DNA of 64,000 nt. It comes from Alphaproteobacteria bacterium (GTDB lineage Bacteria > Pseudomonadota > Alphaproteobacteria > MPNO01 > UBA830). The stretch is taken from NCBI GenBank assembly GCA_965243135.1, contig OZ251539.1, forward strand, positions 3,840,001 through 3,904,000, read 5' to 3'. The notes under the pieces were generated by a model. It saw only the letters and a program-made list of their open reading frames with translations, had not been told where the DNA came from and searched no databases. The position numbers and the translations under genes are program-made. Positions 19,769 to 30,895 of this stretch are shown piece after piece. How positions within the stretch are numbered: the first letter of the stretch is position 1; each line of letters begins with the position of its first letter.

Positions 19769-21165
19769 GTTCTCACTCCCGGTTGGAGTTGGTGCATTCG
19801 CATGACGCACAGGCTGCCGGCGAGCGCCATGGCCGCGCAGGCGCCGAAGACCCAGAACAGCGCGCTTCGGACGATCTCCGGTTCCATGCCGGCATCGAGT
19901 CCGGTCGCGTTGGCGATCAGCCCGGCCGCCGCGGCGCCGTAGGCAATGCCCACGGACCGCATCGCGGGCGCGGCCGAAGCGGTGATCTGCGCTTCCTCGG
20001 GGCCGGCGGCCGCCAACGCCCATGAAATCGCGTGCACGTTGGTCATGCCGACGCCGATTCCCGCGATCGCGGTCAGCGCGGTCAGCGTCCAGAGCGAGAC
20101 GCTCCCGACGGCGAAGGCGATCGCAAGGCAGGCCGCCGCCGTGATCGCGAGTCCGCTCGCGCAGACGACTCGCGTCCAGCGGTCGCCCCATCCTGCCGTT
20201 CCGACCGAACCCAGCGTCCAGCAGAGCGAGAACACCGCGGCGACGTATCCGATCCAGAGCGCGTCGAGGCCGTACAGGAAGCTGAGAGCGAGCGGCAAAA
20301 ATATGGTGAGCGGCGTATGGCAGGCGGAGAGCAGCAAAAACACCCAGTACGCCGTGCCGATCGGCGCGTACAACGAGAGAACGCGGCTCGGGAACAGTGC
20401 GCCGTCGCGTCCCCGGCCGTCCAGTCTCAGGGTCTGCCACAAGCAAAAGACGCCCGCTGCGACCAGCGCGACCCGCAAGGGAAGCGCGTGAAGTTGCCCG
20501 GAGACGCCGACCAGGAGAACCGAAAGACCCAGAAGCGCCAGCCGGCGGACCGGCAGTCGATGGCGGTTTCCCGGCCGTTCCTGCGGTACGACGCACGCGG
20601 CGGCGACAATGAACAGCGTCGTGAGAACGCATGTGGTCACGAAGGCTCCGCGCCACCAGCCGAAGGCGCCCCAGATGCCTCCGATCAGCGGTCCGGCGAT
20701 CGACGCGACGCTCCATGTCGTCGTGATCGTCGCAAGAATCCGCGTTCTCAGGCGTCCCGAATACAGATCGGCGACCAGCGTCATGGACTGCGAGATCAGC
20801 AGCCCTCCGCCGACTCCTTCGACCGTTCGGAAGGCGAGGAGAAAGGCCATCTCCGGCGCGGCCGCGCATCCGGCCGCGCCGGCGAGAAAGATTGCGCCGC
20901 CCGCAACGTAGCCCCCTCGGCGGCCGAGGAGAGAGCGTACGTAACGGCCGCTGGCGGCTCCGACGATGGTGCCCACCATGTACAGCATCGTCGTCCAAGC
21001 GTAGAACTCGACGTTGCCGAGGTCTTCCACGACGACCGGCATGATGGTCACGATGACGAAGATGTCGATCGCGTGCACTCCGATGCCGAGGTTGAGCAAC
21101 AGGGTGTGAACCCCGCGTACGCCCCGGAACAGTTCGGACCAGCTGTCAGGTGCCTCTTCCTTCAT
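19765..21165 (-). CDS. MFS transporter
   Basis: About 14 hydrophobic segments; FRTVEGVGGG, AGPLIGG. Confidence 0.88.
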   Translation of the reverse strand: MKEEAPDSWSELFRGVRGVHTLLLNLGIGVHAIDIFVIVTIMPVVVEDLGNVEFYAWTTMLYMVGTIVGAASGRYVRSLLGRRGGYVAGGAIFLAGAAGCAAAPEMAFLLAFRTVEGVGGGLLISQSMTLVADLYSGRLRTRILATITTTWSVASIAGPLIGGIWGAFGWWRGAFVTTCVLTTLFIVAAACVVPQERPGNRHRLPVRRLALLGLSVLLVGVSGQLHALPLRVALVAAGVFCLWQTLRLDGRGRDGALFPSRVLSLYAPIGTAYWVFLLLSACHTPLTIFLPLALSFLYGLDALWIGYVAAVFSLCWTLGSVGTAGWGDRWTRVVCASGLAITAAACLAIAFAVGSVSLWTLTALTAIAGIGVGMTNVHAISWALAAAGPEEAQITASAAPAMRSVGIAYGAAAAGLIANATGLDAGMEPEIVRSALFWVFGACAAMALAGSLCVMRMHQLQPGVRT

Positions 21166-21243
21166 GGATCGGTTATAGGAGCGTGGGAAGAGAATCGTTA
21201 GCTTTGCGCCGGGCAGGCCTGCCCGGAACTTGAGGAGTGCGAG

Positions 21244-22251
21244 ATGGTGCGGCTCAGCGTTCTCGACCAAAGCCCGATAAGAGCCGGCTGCGCGCCTGCC
21301 GACGCTTTGCGGGAAACGCTCGAACTCGCGAACTTTTGCGACCGGATGGGCTATCATCGCTACTGGCTCGCCGAGCACCATTCCACGGGAGGGCTTGCGG
21401 GATCGGCCCCCGAAATCATGATCGGGCAAGTCGCGCAGCGGACGCGCAATCTGCGGGTCGGTTCGGGCGGCGTGATGCTGAACCATTATTCGTCGCTCAA
21501 GGTGGCCGAAGCGTTCCGCGTGCTCGAAGCCCTATTTCCCGGACGCATCGATTGCGGGATCGGTCGCGCGCCCGGTTCCGACGGCCTGACGGCGAACGCG
21601 CTGGCGCACGGTCCGGGAGCGCTGGGCATCGAGCATTTTCCCGCCCAAATCCAGGACCTTCGTGCGTGGCTGACCGGCGAGATGCCGGAAGACCATCCGT
21701 TTCGCCAGGTCGAGGCCATGCCGACCGGCGCGACGGCTCCCGAACTCTGGCTGCTCGGCTCGAGCGATCAGTCGGCGGCCTACGCCGCATGGTTCGGCTG
21801 CGCGTTTTCGTTCGCCCATTTCATCAACGCGCGCGGCGGCGAGCAGGTGATGGAAGCCTATCGCCAGCATTTCCGCCCGTCTCCCCAATTCGCGCGGCCG
21901 ACCGGATCGATCGGCGTCTTCGTCATCTGCGCCGATACCGAAGAGGAGGCGATGAACCTCCGCTGGAGCCGCGATCTGTGGCTTCTGCGCCTCTACGCCG
22001 GGCGAACGTCGCCGGTGCCGACCGTCGACGAAGCGAAAAACTACCCGTACAGCGAACGCGAGAAGGCGATCGTCCTTCACAACCGCCGGCGCACGGTCGC
22101 AGGCGACCCGGAACAGGTGCGGGAAACCATCGTTTCGCTGGGCGAGGCGTACGGCATCGACGAGTTCGTCGTCGTCACGATCTGCGACAGGTTCGAGGCG
22201 CGCCTCAGATCGTACGAACTGCTGGCCGACGCCTTCGCCTTGGCGCCTTGA
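21244..22251 (+). CDS. LLM-class flavin-dependent oxidoreductase (luciferase-like)
   Basis: LSVLDQSP, GYHRYWLAEHH, RVGSGGVML, GRAPGSD. Confidence 0.92.
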   Translation: MVRLSVLDQSPIRAGCAPADALRETLELANFCDRMGYHRYWLAEHHSTGGLAGSAPEIMIGQVAQRTRNLRVGSGGVMLNHYSSLKVAEAFRVLEALFPGRIDCGIGRAPGSDGLTANALAHGPGALGIEHFPAQIQDLRAWLTGEMPEDHPFRQVEAMPTGATAPELWLLGSSDQSAAYAAWFGCAFSFAHFINARGGEQVMEAYRQHFRPSPQFARPTGSIGVFVICADTEEEAMNLRWSRDLWLLRLYAGRTSPVPTVDEAKNYPYSEREKAIVLHNRRRTVAGDPEQVRETIVSLGEAYGIDEFVVVTICDRFEARLRSYELLADAFALAP

Positions 22252-22317
22252 ACGCGGCCGTGCGGGCTTTCGTTGCCGCCCGCAAGGGCGTATCTAGTTA
22301 CCGAAAGGAAGGGTGAC

Positions 22318-22794
22318 ATGGAAGAAAACCTTATTTTCGCCGCCGTAATCGGCGTCACCGTCTATCTTTTCGTGCGCCGCATCCGGCTTCTGAAGGAGCA
22401 AAGGCGCGGGGGGCCCGTCGAACTGGACGACGCGGCGAGCATGCCCCGGCTGGGCAATCCGGGCACGATTACCCGCGAGCAGATGAGGTTGCTGAAGGAG
22501 AACCATTTCCAGCCGTCGCGCCTCTGGAGCCGGGAAGAAGCGCAGCTCGTTCTGGACGCGGTGATCTATCTCAGAGCCGTGATCCACGAAACCACGGGGG
22601 ACGGGGATCCGCCGACGGAAATCCAGAATGAACTGCTCAAGCTCATCCTTACCGACGAGCATTTGCGCGACTACGTCCTCGAATGGGGACTCAATCGAAC
22701 GCACGACGACATGGAAGCCGAATGGCCGACGCTCAATCGAGACGCCGCGTTCGCCGCGGTGGAGAAAGCCGTCATGGAACTGTGGGAAGATTGA
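22318..22794 (+). CDS. Hypothetical protein with N-terminal membrane anchor
   Basis: RBS, one TM segment, stop overlaps the queA start. Confidence 0.7.
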   Translation: MEENLIFAAVIGVTVYLFVRRIRLLKEQRRGGPVELDDAASMPRLGNPGTITREQMRLLKENHFQPSRLWSREEAQLVLDAVIYLRAVIHETTGDGDPPTEIQNELLKLILTDEHLRDYVLEWGLNRTHDDMEAEWPTLNRDAAFAAVEKAVMELWED

Positions 22795-23831
22795 GAGCGG
22801 ACGCGGCGCGAACCGACGCCTTCGATTTCCACCTGCCCCGCGACCGGATCGCGGCGCAACCCGCCCGCCCGCGCGACGCCGCGCGCATGCTCGAAGTCGG
22901 CGATCGTCTCGTCGACCGCTCGGTGCGCGACCTGCCGGCGCTCCTGCGGCCCGGCGACGTCGTCGTGCTCAACGACACGCGCGTGATTCCCGCGCGATTG
23001 CGCGGAACGCGCCGCGGCGCGAAGGTGGAGGTGACTTTGCACCGAGCGGAGGCCGACGGCCGGTGGCGGGCGTTCGCCCGGCCGGCCCGAAGGCTTCGCG
23101 AAGGCGACGCCGTGGAATTCGCCGACGGGTTCCGGGGGCGCGTGACGGCGAGGGACGGCGGGGAGGTCACGCTCGCCTTCGACCGGCCGGACAGCCTGTT
23201 CGCCGATCTCGAGCGGCACGGCGAATTGCCCTTGCCGCCCTATCTGTCGCGGCCGGCGAACGCTGCCGACGCGGCTGACTACCAGACGGTCTACGCCGTT
23301 CGCGACGGCGCCGTGGCGGCGCCTACGGCCGGGCTGCACTTTACCGAAGCGCTGCTGGAAGGCGTGCGCGCCGCCGGCGCGGCCGTCGCGAAGGTTACGC
23401 TGCATGTCGGGGCGGGCACGTTTCTGCCGGTAACGGCCGAGCGCGTGGCCGATCACCGGATGCACGGCGAATGGGGCGAGATCGACGCGGCGGCGGCCGA
23501 AGCGGTCGCCGCCGCGCGCGCCGACGGCGGCCGCGTGGTGTCCGTCGGCACGACGCCGTTGAGGCTGCTCGAAACCGCGGCCGCCGAGGACGGCGCGGTC
23601 CGCCCCTTCCGGGGCGAAACCGACCTGTTCATCACGCCCGGCTATCGGTTCAGAGCGGTCGACAAGCTGATGACGAACTTTCATCTGCCGCGCTCGACGC
23701 TGTTCATGCTGGTGGCCGCGTTCGCTGGACTGGAACGGATGAAGGCGGCCTATTCGCACGCGATCGCGGCGGGCTACCGGTTCTATTCCTACGGCGATTC
23801 TTCCTTCCTCCATCGATTCGACGCCTCGTGA
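22791..23831 (+). CDS. queA: S-adenosylmethionine:tRNA ribosyltransferase-isomerase
   Basis: [48 protein letters not shown]. Confidence 0.95.
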   Translation: MRADAARTDAFDFHLPRDRIAAQPARPRDAARMLEVGDRLVDRSVRDLPALLRPGDVVVLNDTRVIPARLRGTRRGAKVEVTLHRAEADGRWRAFARPARRLREGDAVEFADGFRGRVTARDGGEVTLAFDRPDSLFADLERHGELPLPPYLSRPANAADAADYQTVYAVRDGAVAAPTAGLHFTEALLEGVRAAGAAVAKVTLHVGAGTFLPVTAERVADHRMHGEWGEIDAAAAEAVAAARADGGRVVSVGTTPLRLLETAAAEDGAVRPFRGETDLFITPGYRFRAVDKLMTNFHLPRSTLFMLVAAFAGLERMKAAYSHAIAAGYRFYSYGDSSFLHRFDAS

Positions 23832-24955
23832 CCGCATTCCGTTTCGAGCTGCTGAAGACGGACGGCGACGCCCGCCGAGGACGGTTGACCACCGCGCACG
23901 GCGTCGTCGACACGCCGGTCTTCATGCCGGTGGGCACTGCCGGAACCGTCAAGGGAATGACGTCCGAAGCGTTGGCCCGCACGGGCGCGCGGATCGTGCT
24001 CGGCAATACCTACCATCTCATGTTGCGTCCGGGAGCCGAGGTCGTCGCCGCATTGGGAGGGCTGCGCGCCTTCATGGATTGGGATGGTCCGGTGCTCACC
24101 GATTCCGGCGGGTTTCAGGTGATGTCGCTGGCCGGCCTGCGCGAGTTGAGCGAAAAAGGCGTTTCCTTCCGTTCGCATCTCGACGGCGCCCGGCATTCGC
24201 TGACCCCGGAGCGGTCGGTCGAAATCCAGAGGCTGCTCGACGCGACGGTCACGATGGTTCTCGACGAATGCACGCCCTGCGGCGTCGACGAGAGAACCGC
24301 GGCGGAGTCCATGCACCTGTCGATGCGCTGGGCGCGGCGTTGCCGCGACGCTTTCGCCGCCCGCGAGGGCTACGGGCTTTTCGGGATCGCGCAGGGCAGC
24401 GTCTATCGGGATCTGCGGCTGGAGTCCGCGGCGGCGCTTTCGGAACTCGGTTTCGACGGCTACGCCGTCGGAGGGCTCGCCGTGGGGGAGGGGCAAACGC
24501 GGATGTTCGACGTTCTGGATTGCACCGCGCCGGCCCTGCCGACGAACCGTCCGCGCTATCTGATGGGCGTCGGCGCGCCGGCCGATATCGTGGGCGCAGT
24601 GCAACGGGGAATCGACATGTTCGACTGCGTGCTGCCCACCCGGTCCGGGCGGACCGGACGCGCCTTCACGCGCCGCGGCGCGATCAATATCCGCAATTCG
24701 CGCCATGCCGCGGATCCGCGGCCGCTGGATCCCGGCAGCGGCTATCCGAACGTCGGCGGAGTCAGCCGGGCTTATCTGCACCACCTTTTCAAGGCGGGCG
24801 AGATGCTCGGCCCGATTCTGCTGACCATGCACAACCTGCACTACTACCAGGAACTGATGCGCGGTCTGCGCGAAGCCGTGGAGGCAGGCTCTCTGGCGGC
24901 GTTCGCCCGGGAGTTCCATGCGCAACAGGCCGCGGGCGATCTCGAACCTTTATGA
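23828..24955 (+). CDS. tgt: tRNA-guanine transglycosylase
   Basis: [33 protein letters not shown]. Confidence 0.96.
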   Translation: MTAFRFELLKTDGDARRGRLTTAHGVVDTPVFMPVGTAGTVKGMTSEALARTGARIVLGNTYHLMLRPGAEVVAALGGLRAFMDWDGPVLTDSGGFQVMSLAGLRELSEKGVSFRSHLDGARHSLTPERSVEIQRLLDATVTMVLDECTPCGVDERTAAESMHLSMRWARRCRDAFAAREGYGLFGIAQGSVYRDLRLESAAALSELGFDGYAVGGLAVGEGQTRMFDVLDCTAPALPTNRPRYLMGVGAPADIVGAVQRGIDMFDCVLPTRSGRTGRAFTRRGAINIRNSRHAADPRPLDPGSGYPNVGGVSRAYLHHLFKAGEMLGPILLTMHNLHYYQELMRGLREAVEAGSLAAFAREFHAQQAAGDLEPL

Positions 24956-25292
24956 TCCCGGTCGCGGACAAGTTCGGCCCGGCGTTACCGGAAGCGTTCC
25001 GTTCGCGCGAAAGAAAACGAGGGCGCTGCGGCCTCCGGCGTACGGGAACGCCGCGTTCCGTCCAGACGGAGTTTTCCGCGACGCGTGCGGGGTTTTCCTG
25101 TTTCCGGGTTCGGAGAACGGCGGGGCATGCCCGGGGGACGAACGGTCGCACGACGCGCGCTTTCTTTCCCGCCCGAGCGGATGAACCTCTTTCGCCCGGC
25201 AAGCATTCTGCGGCTTCTTCAAGGCTGTCCAAAAAATGATAAGTTCGGTCGCGCGCTCGGCGCAGAGACGCGAACCCTTCCTTCAGGAAAGC

Positions 25293-26813
25293 ATGGCTGA
25301 CTATTTTTTCGAGTGGCTGGCGCGCAACGCCCGCGACGTTCCCGACAAGCCGGCGATCCGTTCGCTCGATCAGGGGACGGAGATCACGCACGGAGAGTTG
25401 TTTCGCGTTTCCAACCGCATCGGACGCCACTACGCCGCGCTCGGCATCGGACGCAACGACCGCGTGGCCCTTCTCTCGAACAACTCGATCGAGCACATGA
25501 TCGTCTATCTTTCTTCTCTGGCCTACGGATGCACCATCTGCACCATTCACGTGGAGATGAATGCGGCCTATCTCGGGGAGATGCTCGAGAGCGTCGGGGC
25601 GAAGCTCGTCCTGTGCGAGGACGGCCTGCCGGAGCTGGAGGCGGCGGGGGTGTCCGGGCGGCCGCTGGGAAGGTGGGAGATCGTCGGCGGAACCGGGCTG
25701 TTCGACGAACTCGACGATCACCCCGACACGCCGGGAGAGCGCCCCGCCATTCGGCGGAGCGACGATGCGTCGATCTTCTACACCTCCGGCACCGCGACCC
25801 GACCGAAGGGCGTCGTCTGCAGCCTCGCCGAGCTTTACGACAACACGCTGCCCACCGCGGACGCGTTCGGCATGACGGCCGACGACCGGGTGCTCGATTA
25901 CCGCTCCATGAACTGGATGTCGGCGCAGGTGCTGTCGGCGCTCTCCCCTGTCGCGAAGGGCGCGACCCTGCTGCTCGCCCGGAAGTTTTCCGCCAGCCGC
26001 TTTTTCGATTGGGTAAACGACAACGGGGCGACGATCGCGGCGGGCAATCCCACGATTCTGAACATGTTGGCGAACCGGGAAGCGGCGCGGGGCAGAAACG
26101 CGGCGCCGACCTTGCGCTTCATCACGTCGAGCTCCGCGCCGCTGCTGATGTCCGAGTGGCGAAGGTTCGAGGAGACGTTCGGGATCCCGATCTGCCAGGG
26201 CTACGGCACCAGCGAAACGGGATGGATCGCGGGCAGCTTCGAAGCGACCCGCAAGCCGGGCTCGGTCGGCAGGCCGCATCCCTACCAGAAACTTCGGATC
26301 GTCGATGCCGACGGCAAGCCGCTGCTCGCCGACGAGATCGGCGCCATCCAGGTCAACGGCAATCCGGCCGGCCGCTATCGGTACCTCGACGTCGACGGAT
26401 CGGTGCGCGTCAACTCGGAAGGCGGGGTCCTCACCGGCGATCTGGGATTCGTCGATTCCGACGGCTTCCTGTTCGTGACCGGACGCGAGAAGGATTTGAT
26501 CATCCGCGGAGGGGTGAACATTTCGCCGCTCGAGATCGACAACGTCGTCCTTCAGATGCCCGGGGTCGCCGACGTCGCCACCGTCGGCGTTCCCGACGAC
26601 GTCTACGGCGAGCAGGTCGTCGTCTACGTCGCTCCGCGCGAGGGCGTGCGCGTGGACGCGGATTCGGTGCGGGATCACTGCGCCCGCCATCTTGCGGAGT
26701 TCAAGATGCCCGGCGCGATCGTCTTTCGCGACGACCTGCCCAAGACGGCCCGCGGCAAGATGGATCGCAAGGCGCTTGCCGGAGAATGGACCGCCGCGCA
26801 CGCTGTCGGCTGA
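25293..26813 (+). CDS. AMP-dependent synthetase / acyl-CoA ligase
   Basis: YTSGTATRPKG, QGYGTSE, TGDLG, GREKDLIIRGG, GKMDR. Confidence 0.9.
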   Translation: MADYFFEWLARNARDVPDKPAIRSLDQGTEITHGELFRVSNRIGRHYAALGIGRNDRVALLSNNSIEHMIVYLSSLAYGCTICTIHVEMNAAYLGEMLESVGAKLVLCEDGLPELEAAGVSGRPLGRWEIVGGTGLFDELDDHPDTPGERPAIRRSDDASIFYTSGTATRPKGVVCSLAELYDNTLPTADAFGMTADDRVLDYRSMNWMSAQVLSALSPVAKGATLLLARKFSASRFFDWVNDNGATIAAGNPTILNMLANREAARGRNAAPTLRFITSSSAPLLMSEWRRFEETFGIPICQGYGTSETGWIAGSFEATRKPGSVGRPHPYQKLRIVDADGKPLLADEIGAIQVNGNPAGRYRYLDVDGSVRVNSEGGVLTGDLGFVDSDGFLFVTGREKDLIIRGGVNISPLEIDNVVLQMPGVADVATVGVPDDVYGEQVVVYVAPREGVRVDADSVRDHCARHLAEFKMPGAIVFRDDLPKTARGKMDRKALAGEWTAAHAVG

Positions 26814-27069
26814 AAGCCGGATTGTCGGACGAGCCGTCCGACCTCCTGCGGCGGGTCGCCGTTTGCGCGGCGTGTTGCTCAAGCGCAACAGGTTCTTGTT
26901 TTTTTGATATACGCATTATGTCATTTGCCATCTCTCTATCACCATGATAGGCAAATGGTGATGATGAGTTCTCAGGGAGCGGTGTCGCGTCAGGCTGTGC
27001 CGGCCCGTGGCCTCCGGGCCGGGCAACGAATACTGTCCGACGGCGAGCGTCCAATGAGGCGTTCAGCAT

Positions 27070-27235
27070 TCATTGGACGAAGCACGCCAAGGGGATTGTG
27101 CAAATACAAGATGGAATGCACGACGCCGAACTCGGACAACAAAACTGTAAGGGTTGTGGTCAGACCGCCGCCATCGGCGAACGAAGCGAAGATTGTCTCG
27201 GTGGGTAAATCAACCCTCTGGTTGGATAATATTGA
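27070..27235 (+). pseudogene. C-terminal remnant of a probable DUF4258-like toxin
   Basis: ..GLCKYKMECTTPNSDNKTVRVVV..AKIVSV directly upstream of an HTH antitoxin; no credible N-terminus. Confidence 0.45.
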
Positions 27236-27255
27236 CAGAATGATGGAGCACCACC

Positions 27256-27717
27256 ATGCAGGGACGAGAGCTGGACGCGTATCGGTACACCGAATGCGGT
27301 CTGGACAACGTGTACATTCAAGGGTTCGATCCTGTCGTTGACGATCAGGGGGAAGAAGTTTTCCATATTCCCAACGTGAATGGCCTGCACAAGCTGATCG
27401 CGCACGGCATTGTGCATTGCGATGCCGCAATGTCGGGGCGGGAACTGCGCTTCCTTCGGACCGAAATGGGTCTTACCCAAGCCCAATTGGCCAAGCATGT
27501 CCATCGCGATACGCAGACGGTTGCGCGATGGGAGAAAGGTCAGACTCCCGTTCTGGAAGCGGCCGAGGTGATCATTCGCGTACTTGCGGTCGAGAAGCTC
27601 GGTTTGGAGGTCTACACTTCGATCGAAGACATTGCCGCCAAGTGCGTGCCGAGTGCGATCGTCAATTGCATTCGTATCGACGGCAGCAATGCCGGCGAAT
27701 ACAGATTGGCCGCATAA
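27256..27717 (+). CDS. XRE-HTH antitoxin-like protein (YxYTECGLDNV type)
   Basis: YRYTECGLDNVY; ELRFLRTEMGLTQAQLAK..TVARWEKG. Confidence 0.82.
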   Translation: MQGRELDAYRYTECGLDNVYIQGFDPVVDDQGEEVFHIPNVNGLHKLIAHGIVHCDAAMSGRELRFLRTEMGLTQAQLAKHVHRDTQTVARWEKGQTPVLEAAEVIIRVLAVEKLGLEVYTSIEDIAAKCVPSAIVNCIRIDGSNAGEYRLAA

Positions 27718-27816
27718 TGCCGCGCCGCTTTCGGCGTTAGGCTGCTTCTGCGTTGCCCGCACGGCAGAATTGCAGGGTGGAGCGCCGAGTGCGAGTTCAG
27801 CGAACGTCGACCCTTT

Positions 27817-28065
27817 GCGCTCAGTGCATGACCATGCCGCCATCCACGACGATAGCCTGCCCCGTCACGAAATCCGAATCGGGCGAGACGAGGTAGATCG
27901 GCGCGCCGATCAGGTCGTCGAGCGCCTGTTCACGGCGCATGGAGCGTCCCGTCAGACTCAGGTTAACGTAGAATTCCAGCTTTTCGCGTTGCGCCTCGAT
28001 CCTGTCGCTCATGGTGAAACCCGGCGCGATCATGTTGACCCGGATGCCGGAGGCACCCAGTTCGC
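27817..28065 (-). pseudogene. Duplicated 3' end of the SDR gene (direct repeat of 32112-32360)
   Basis: 249-bp near-identical copy with a few substitutions; lacks the 5' two thirds. Confidence 0.88.
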
Positions 28066-28240
28066 CCGGAGTTCACCGTGCGGCACCGGGGCAGCCGGAT
28101 AATTCGTTTCCGTACCGAAGTCGCCCGCCTGCACAACCTTGCGGGCTTGTCGACGGGCCCCAGCCGATAAAGAACGGCACGGCGCAAACGTCTTGAGGTC
28201 TGAAATTAATTGACCGTTTCCGCTGCAGCGGCCTATTCTA

Positions 28241-29741
28241 ATGGAAAGACGCCTGCTTCCGATCGGCATGTCCTCCCTCCGGGAAATCTGGAAAATGGAC
28301 TGCTACTACGTTGACAAGACGGACCATGTGCGCCGCCTCGTCGAAGGAGGCAAGCACTATTTCCTGTCGCGTCCGCGCCGGTTCGGCAAAACCCTCCTGG
28401 TGGACACGCTGCAGGAGCTGTTCGAAGGAAGCGAGGAGCCGTTCCGGGGCCTCGCCGTGCACGGCAAGTGGGACTGGTCGGCGCGCCGTCGTCCGGCTGG
28501 ATTTCAGCGGCGTGGGCGATTTCGACACGCCGGACGGGGGAACCTTGTAAGGGCAACCGGCGGCGACGGAGAGGCGCGCCGGCCTCGAACCGGGCCCCGC
28601 CGGGGCGGCGGTCCGTTTCCGCGAGTTGATCGAGGCCCTGCACGAGCGCACCGGGCAGCGAGCGGTCGTGCTGGTGGACGAACAAGCCGGTCCTGGACGC
28701 GCTCGGCGACCGGGAACTGGCGCTGGCCAACCGCGACTTCCGGCGCAGCCTGTACGGCGTGATCAAGGCCTGCGACGGGCATCTCCGTTTCGTTTTCCTG
28801 ACGGGGGTGAGCAAGTTGGCGGGCCTGTTCTCGGGTCTGAACAACCTGCGTCACGCTGGAGCCGGAGTTCTCGGACATTTACGGTTGCACGGACGACGAT
28901 CTGGACGCGGTCTTCGCCCCGGAACTCGAGGGCTTGGACCGGGACGAGGTCCGCCGCTGGTACAACGGCTACAACTGGCGCGGGCCGGAGAGGGTCTACA
29001 ACCCATTCGGCCTGCTGCTGCTGTTTCGGCGGCGCGAGTTCCGCCCGTACTGGTTCCAGAGCGGCACGCCAACCTTCCTCGTCGACCTTCTGGCGCGGTG
29101 CCGGGTCTCGGAGCCGGCCCTGGAAGGCGTGTTCGCGGACGACGACCTGCTGTCGGCCGTCGACCGCATCCTCGTCGAGACGCTGCTGTTCCAGACCGGC
29201 TACCTGACCATCGCCGACGAAGAGCAGGACGAGGACGCGCCCCTCTACCGGCTGGACTACCCGAACCAGGAGGTGAAGCGCAGCCTGAACGCGCTCCTGC
29301 CGGAGGCGATGGCGCCGGACGTTCCGATCGAGGCGGAGAGTCGGGAGCTGCGCCGCCTGGGCGAACGACTTCGCAGGCCTCGAGAATCTGTTCCGGGCGT
29401 TCTTGGCGAGCAACGAGTGGTACGCGAACACGGGCATGGCGGGCTACGAGGCGCACTATGCGAGCGTGTTCTACTCTCACTTCGTGGCGGCGGGTATGGA
29501 CGTCCGCGCCGAGGAGAGCACGGCGCACGGCCGTTCGGACATGGCGGTCCTGGGCGGCAGCGTCTACCTGTTCGAGTTCAAGGTCGTGGACGGAAAGCCG
29601 GAAGGGCGGGCGCTGAAGCAGATCCGGGAGCGCGGCTACGCGCACAAGTACCGGCGTCCGGACGTGACGATACACCTTATCGGGATCGAGTTCGGCCGTG
29701 AGGAGCGCAACATCGTCGGATTCGAGTTTGAGACCGTCTGA
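28241..29741 (+). pseudogene. AAA-ATPase-like / PD-(D/E)XK nuclease protein (copy 2), multiply frameshifted
   Basis: Homology to copies 1 and 3 is spread over several frames (28241, 28759, 28934, 29403 ORFs) by short deletions. Confidence 0.88.
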
Positions 29742-30169
29742 AACCGGGAGCCGCCGTCCGGCGACGGGAGCATGTCCCCGTGCCGGTTCAAGAGCCTCGG
29801 AGGTCTAAATTTCCGACCTCCCGACGTGGGGCTTGGATCGTTCTCATTAAATCTTTGCGCCGTGGCCGCGTTTCGCCTTCCCGCGCGACAGTGCGCCGCA
29901 TTGTCTCGGAGCCGCGCTGACCGTCGGCAGCGCGAGGGCATTATCGGGAGGAGGACCGATTGACAAAAATGCGGCATTACGCATTTCCGGCGACATCGGA
30001 AAATAATTCTATTCTTGCGAAATATCGAATTGATTTTTCACCCTATTCCAAACGGGGACCGAAAGCCTTCTTGCCGTAACTCCCGCTTCGCCGATGTCCG
30101 CTACACATAAATTACCGTCTACCGCCGCCGGGTTGCGCCGTGTCATCGTGGATAACCGAGACCTTCACG

Positions 30170-30895
30170 TCATCGCGGTTTCGCGCCCTTTTGTCGAACA
30201 AATGCTGCGCGAACATTCCGCTCAATCCGGTTGGGCTTTACTTCGTATTCAACGAAATCACCAATGCTGTCGTGCCTCATGTGCAATTGACCTTCGCCTA
30301 TATTCCCACGGTGCTGGCCTGTCGAATAGCGAGGATGCTTTGCTACTTCCCGCGACGAAAGGACCCAATACCGAATAAGGTCGCGCCACACCGCGATCAA
30401 TACAAAGATGTCGCAGCAGTCGCACTTCACCTGCTGAAAATTCATCCAGAATTCTTTTCCCGAATCCGAGTGCAAAGCCTTGATGTAGAGAGGTTCATCC
30501 GAATTCGCATCCACCGCTCTCGACGCTTTGACTTCAATGCGAATGTTATCCAACAATAGGTCGTATTGTCCGGAATATTGCGGATCTTCGCTTTTGGTTG
30601 GTTTTTTTAGATTTGGAACCAAGCTTTTTAGATGGCCCTGCGCCCAAGATTCGCCGAAAGAACGAGGTGCGCTAATCTCAAAAATATAAAGGAAAAGATT
30701 CCTATTTACGTAGTTATTCCGAAGTTCGTAATAGTCATCTAGAGTTAGTATTTTCATTGCGAGAAGTGTGCAAATAATGTATTCGTACTCATTGAATGGA
30801 TAAACTGAAACGAGAGACTCAACTCTTTCCCGAATTTCCTTTTCTTCAGGTATGTTTTTCAACAAATTATCGAGTTCTTCCTGAAGACGTTCCAT
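30170..30895 (-). CDS. Putative type II restriction endonuclease, PD-(D/E)XK fold
   Basis: YDLLLDNIRIEVKASR; TGATG-coupled to the methyltransferase; AT-rich. Confidence 0.75.
   Translation of the reverse strand: MERLQEELDNLLKNIPEEKEIRERVESLVSVYPFNEYEYIICTLLAMKILTLDDYYELRNNYVNRNLFLYIFEISAPRSFGESWAQGHLKSLVPNLKKPTKSEDPQYSGQYDLLLDNIRIEVKASRAVDANSDEPLYIKALHSDSGKEFWMNFQQVKCDCCDIFVLIAVWRDLIRYWVLSSREVAKHPRYSTGQHRGNIGEGQLHMRHDSIGDFVEYEVKPNRIERNVRAAFVRQKGAKPR

Noticed and set aside
27710-27745. attC-like site (GCATAAT...GTTAGGC) after the antitoxin
   Set aside because: Too short for an attC, imperfect R'' box, and no integron integrase or other cassettes.
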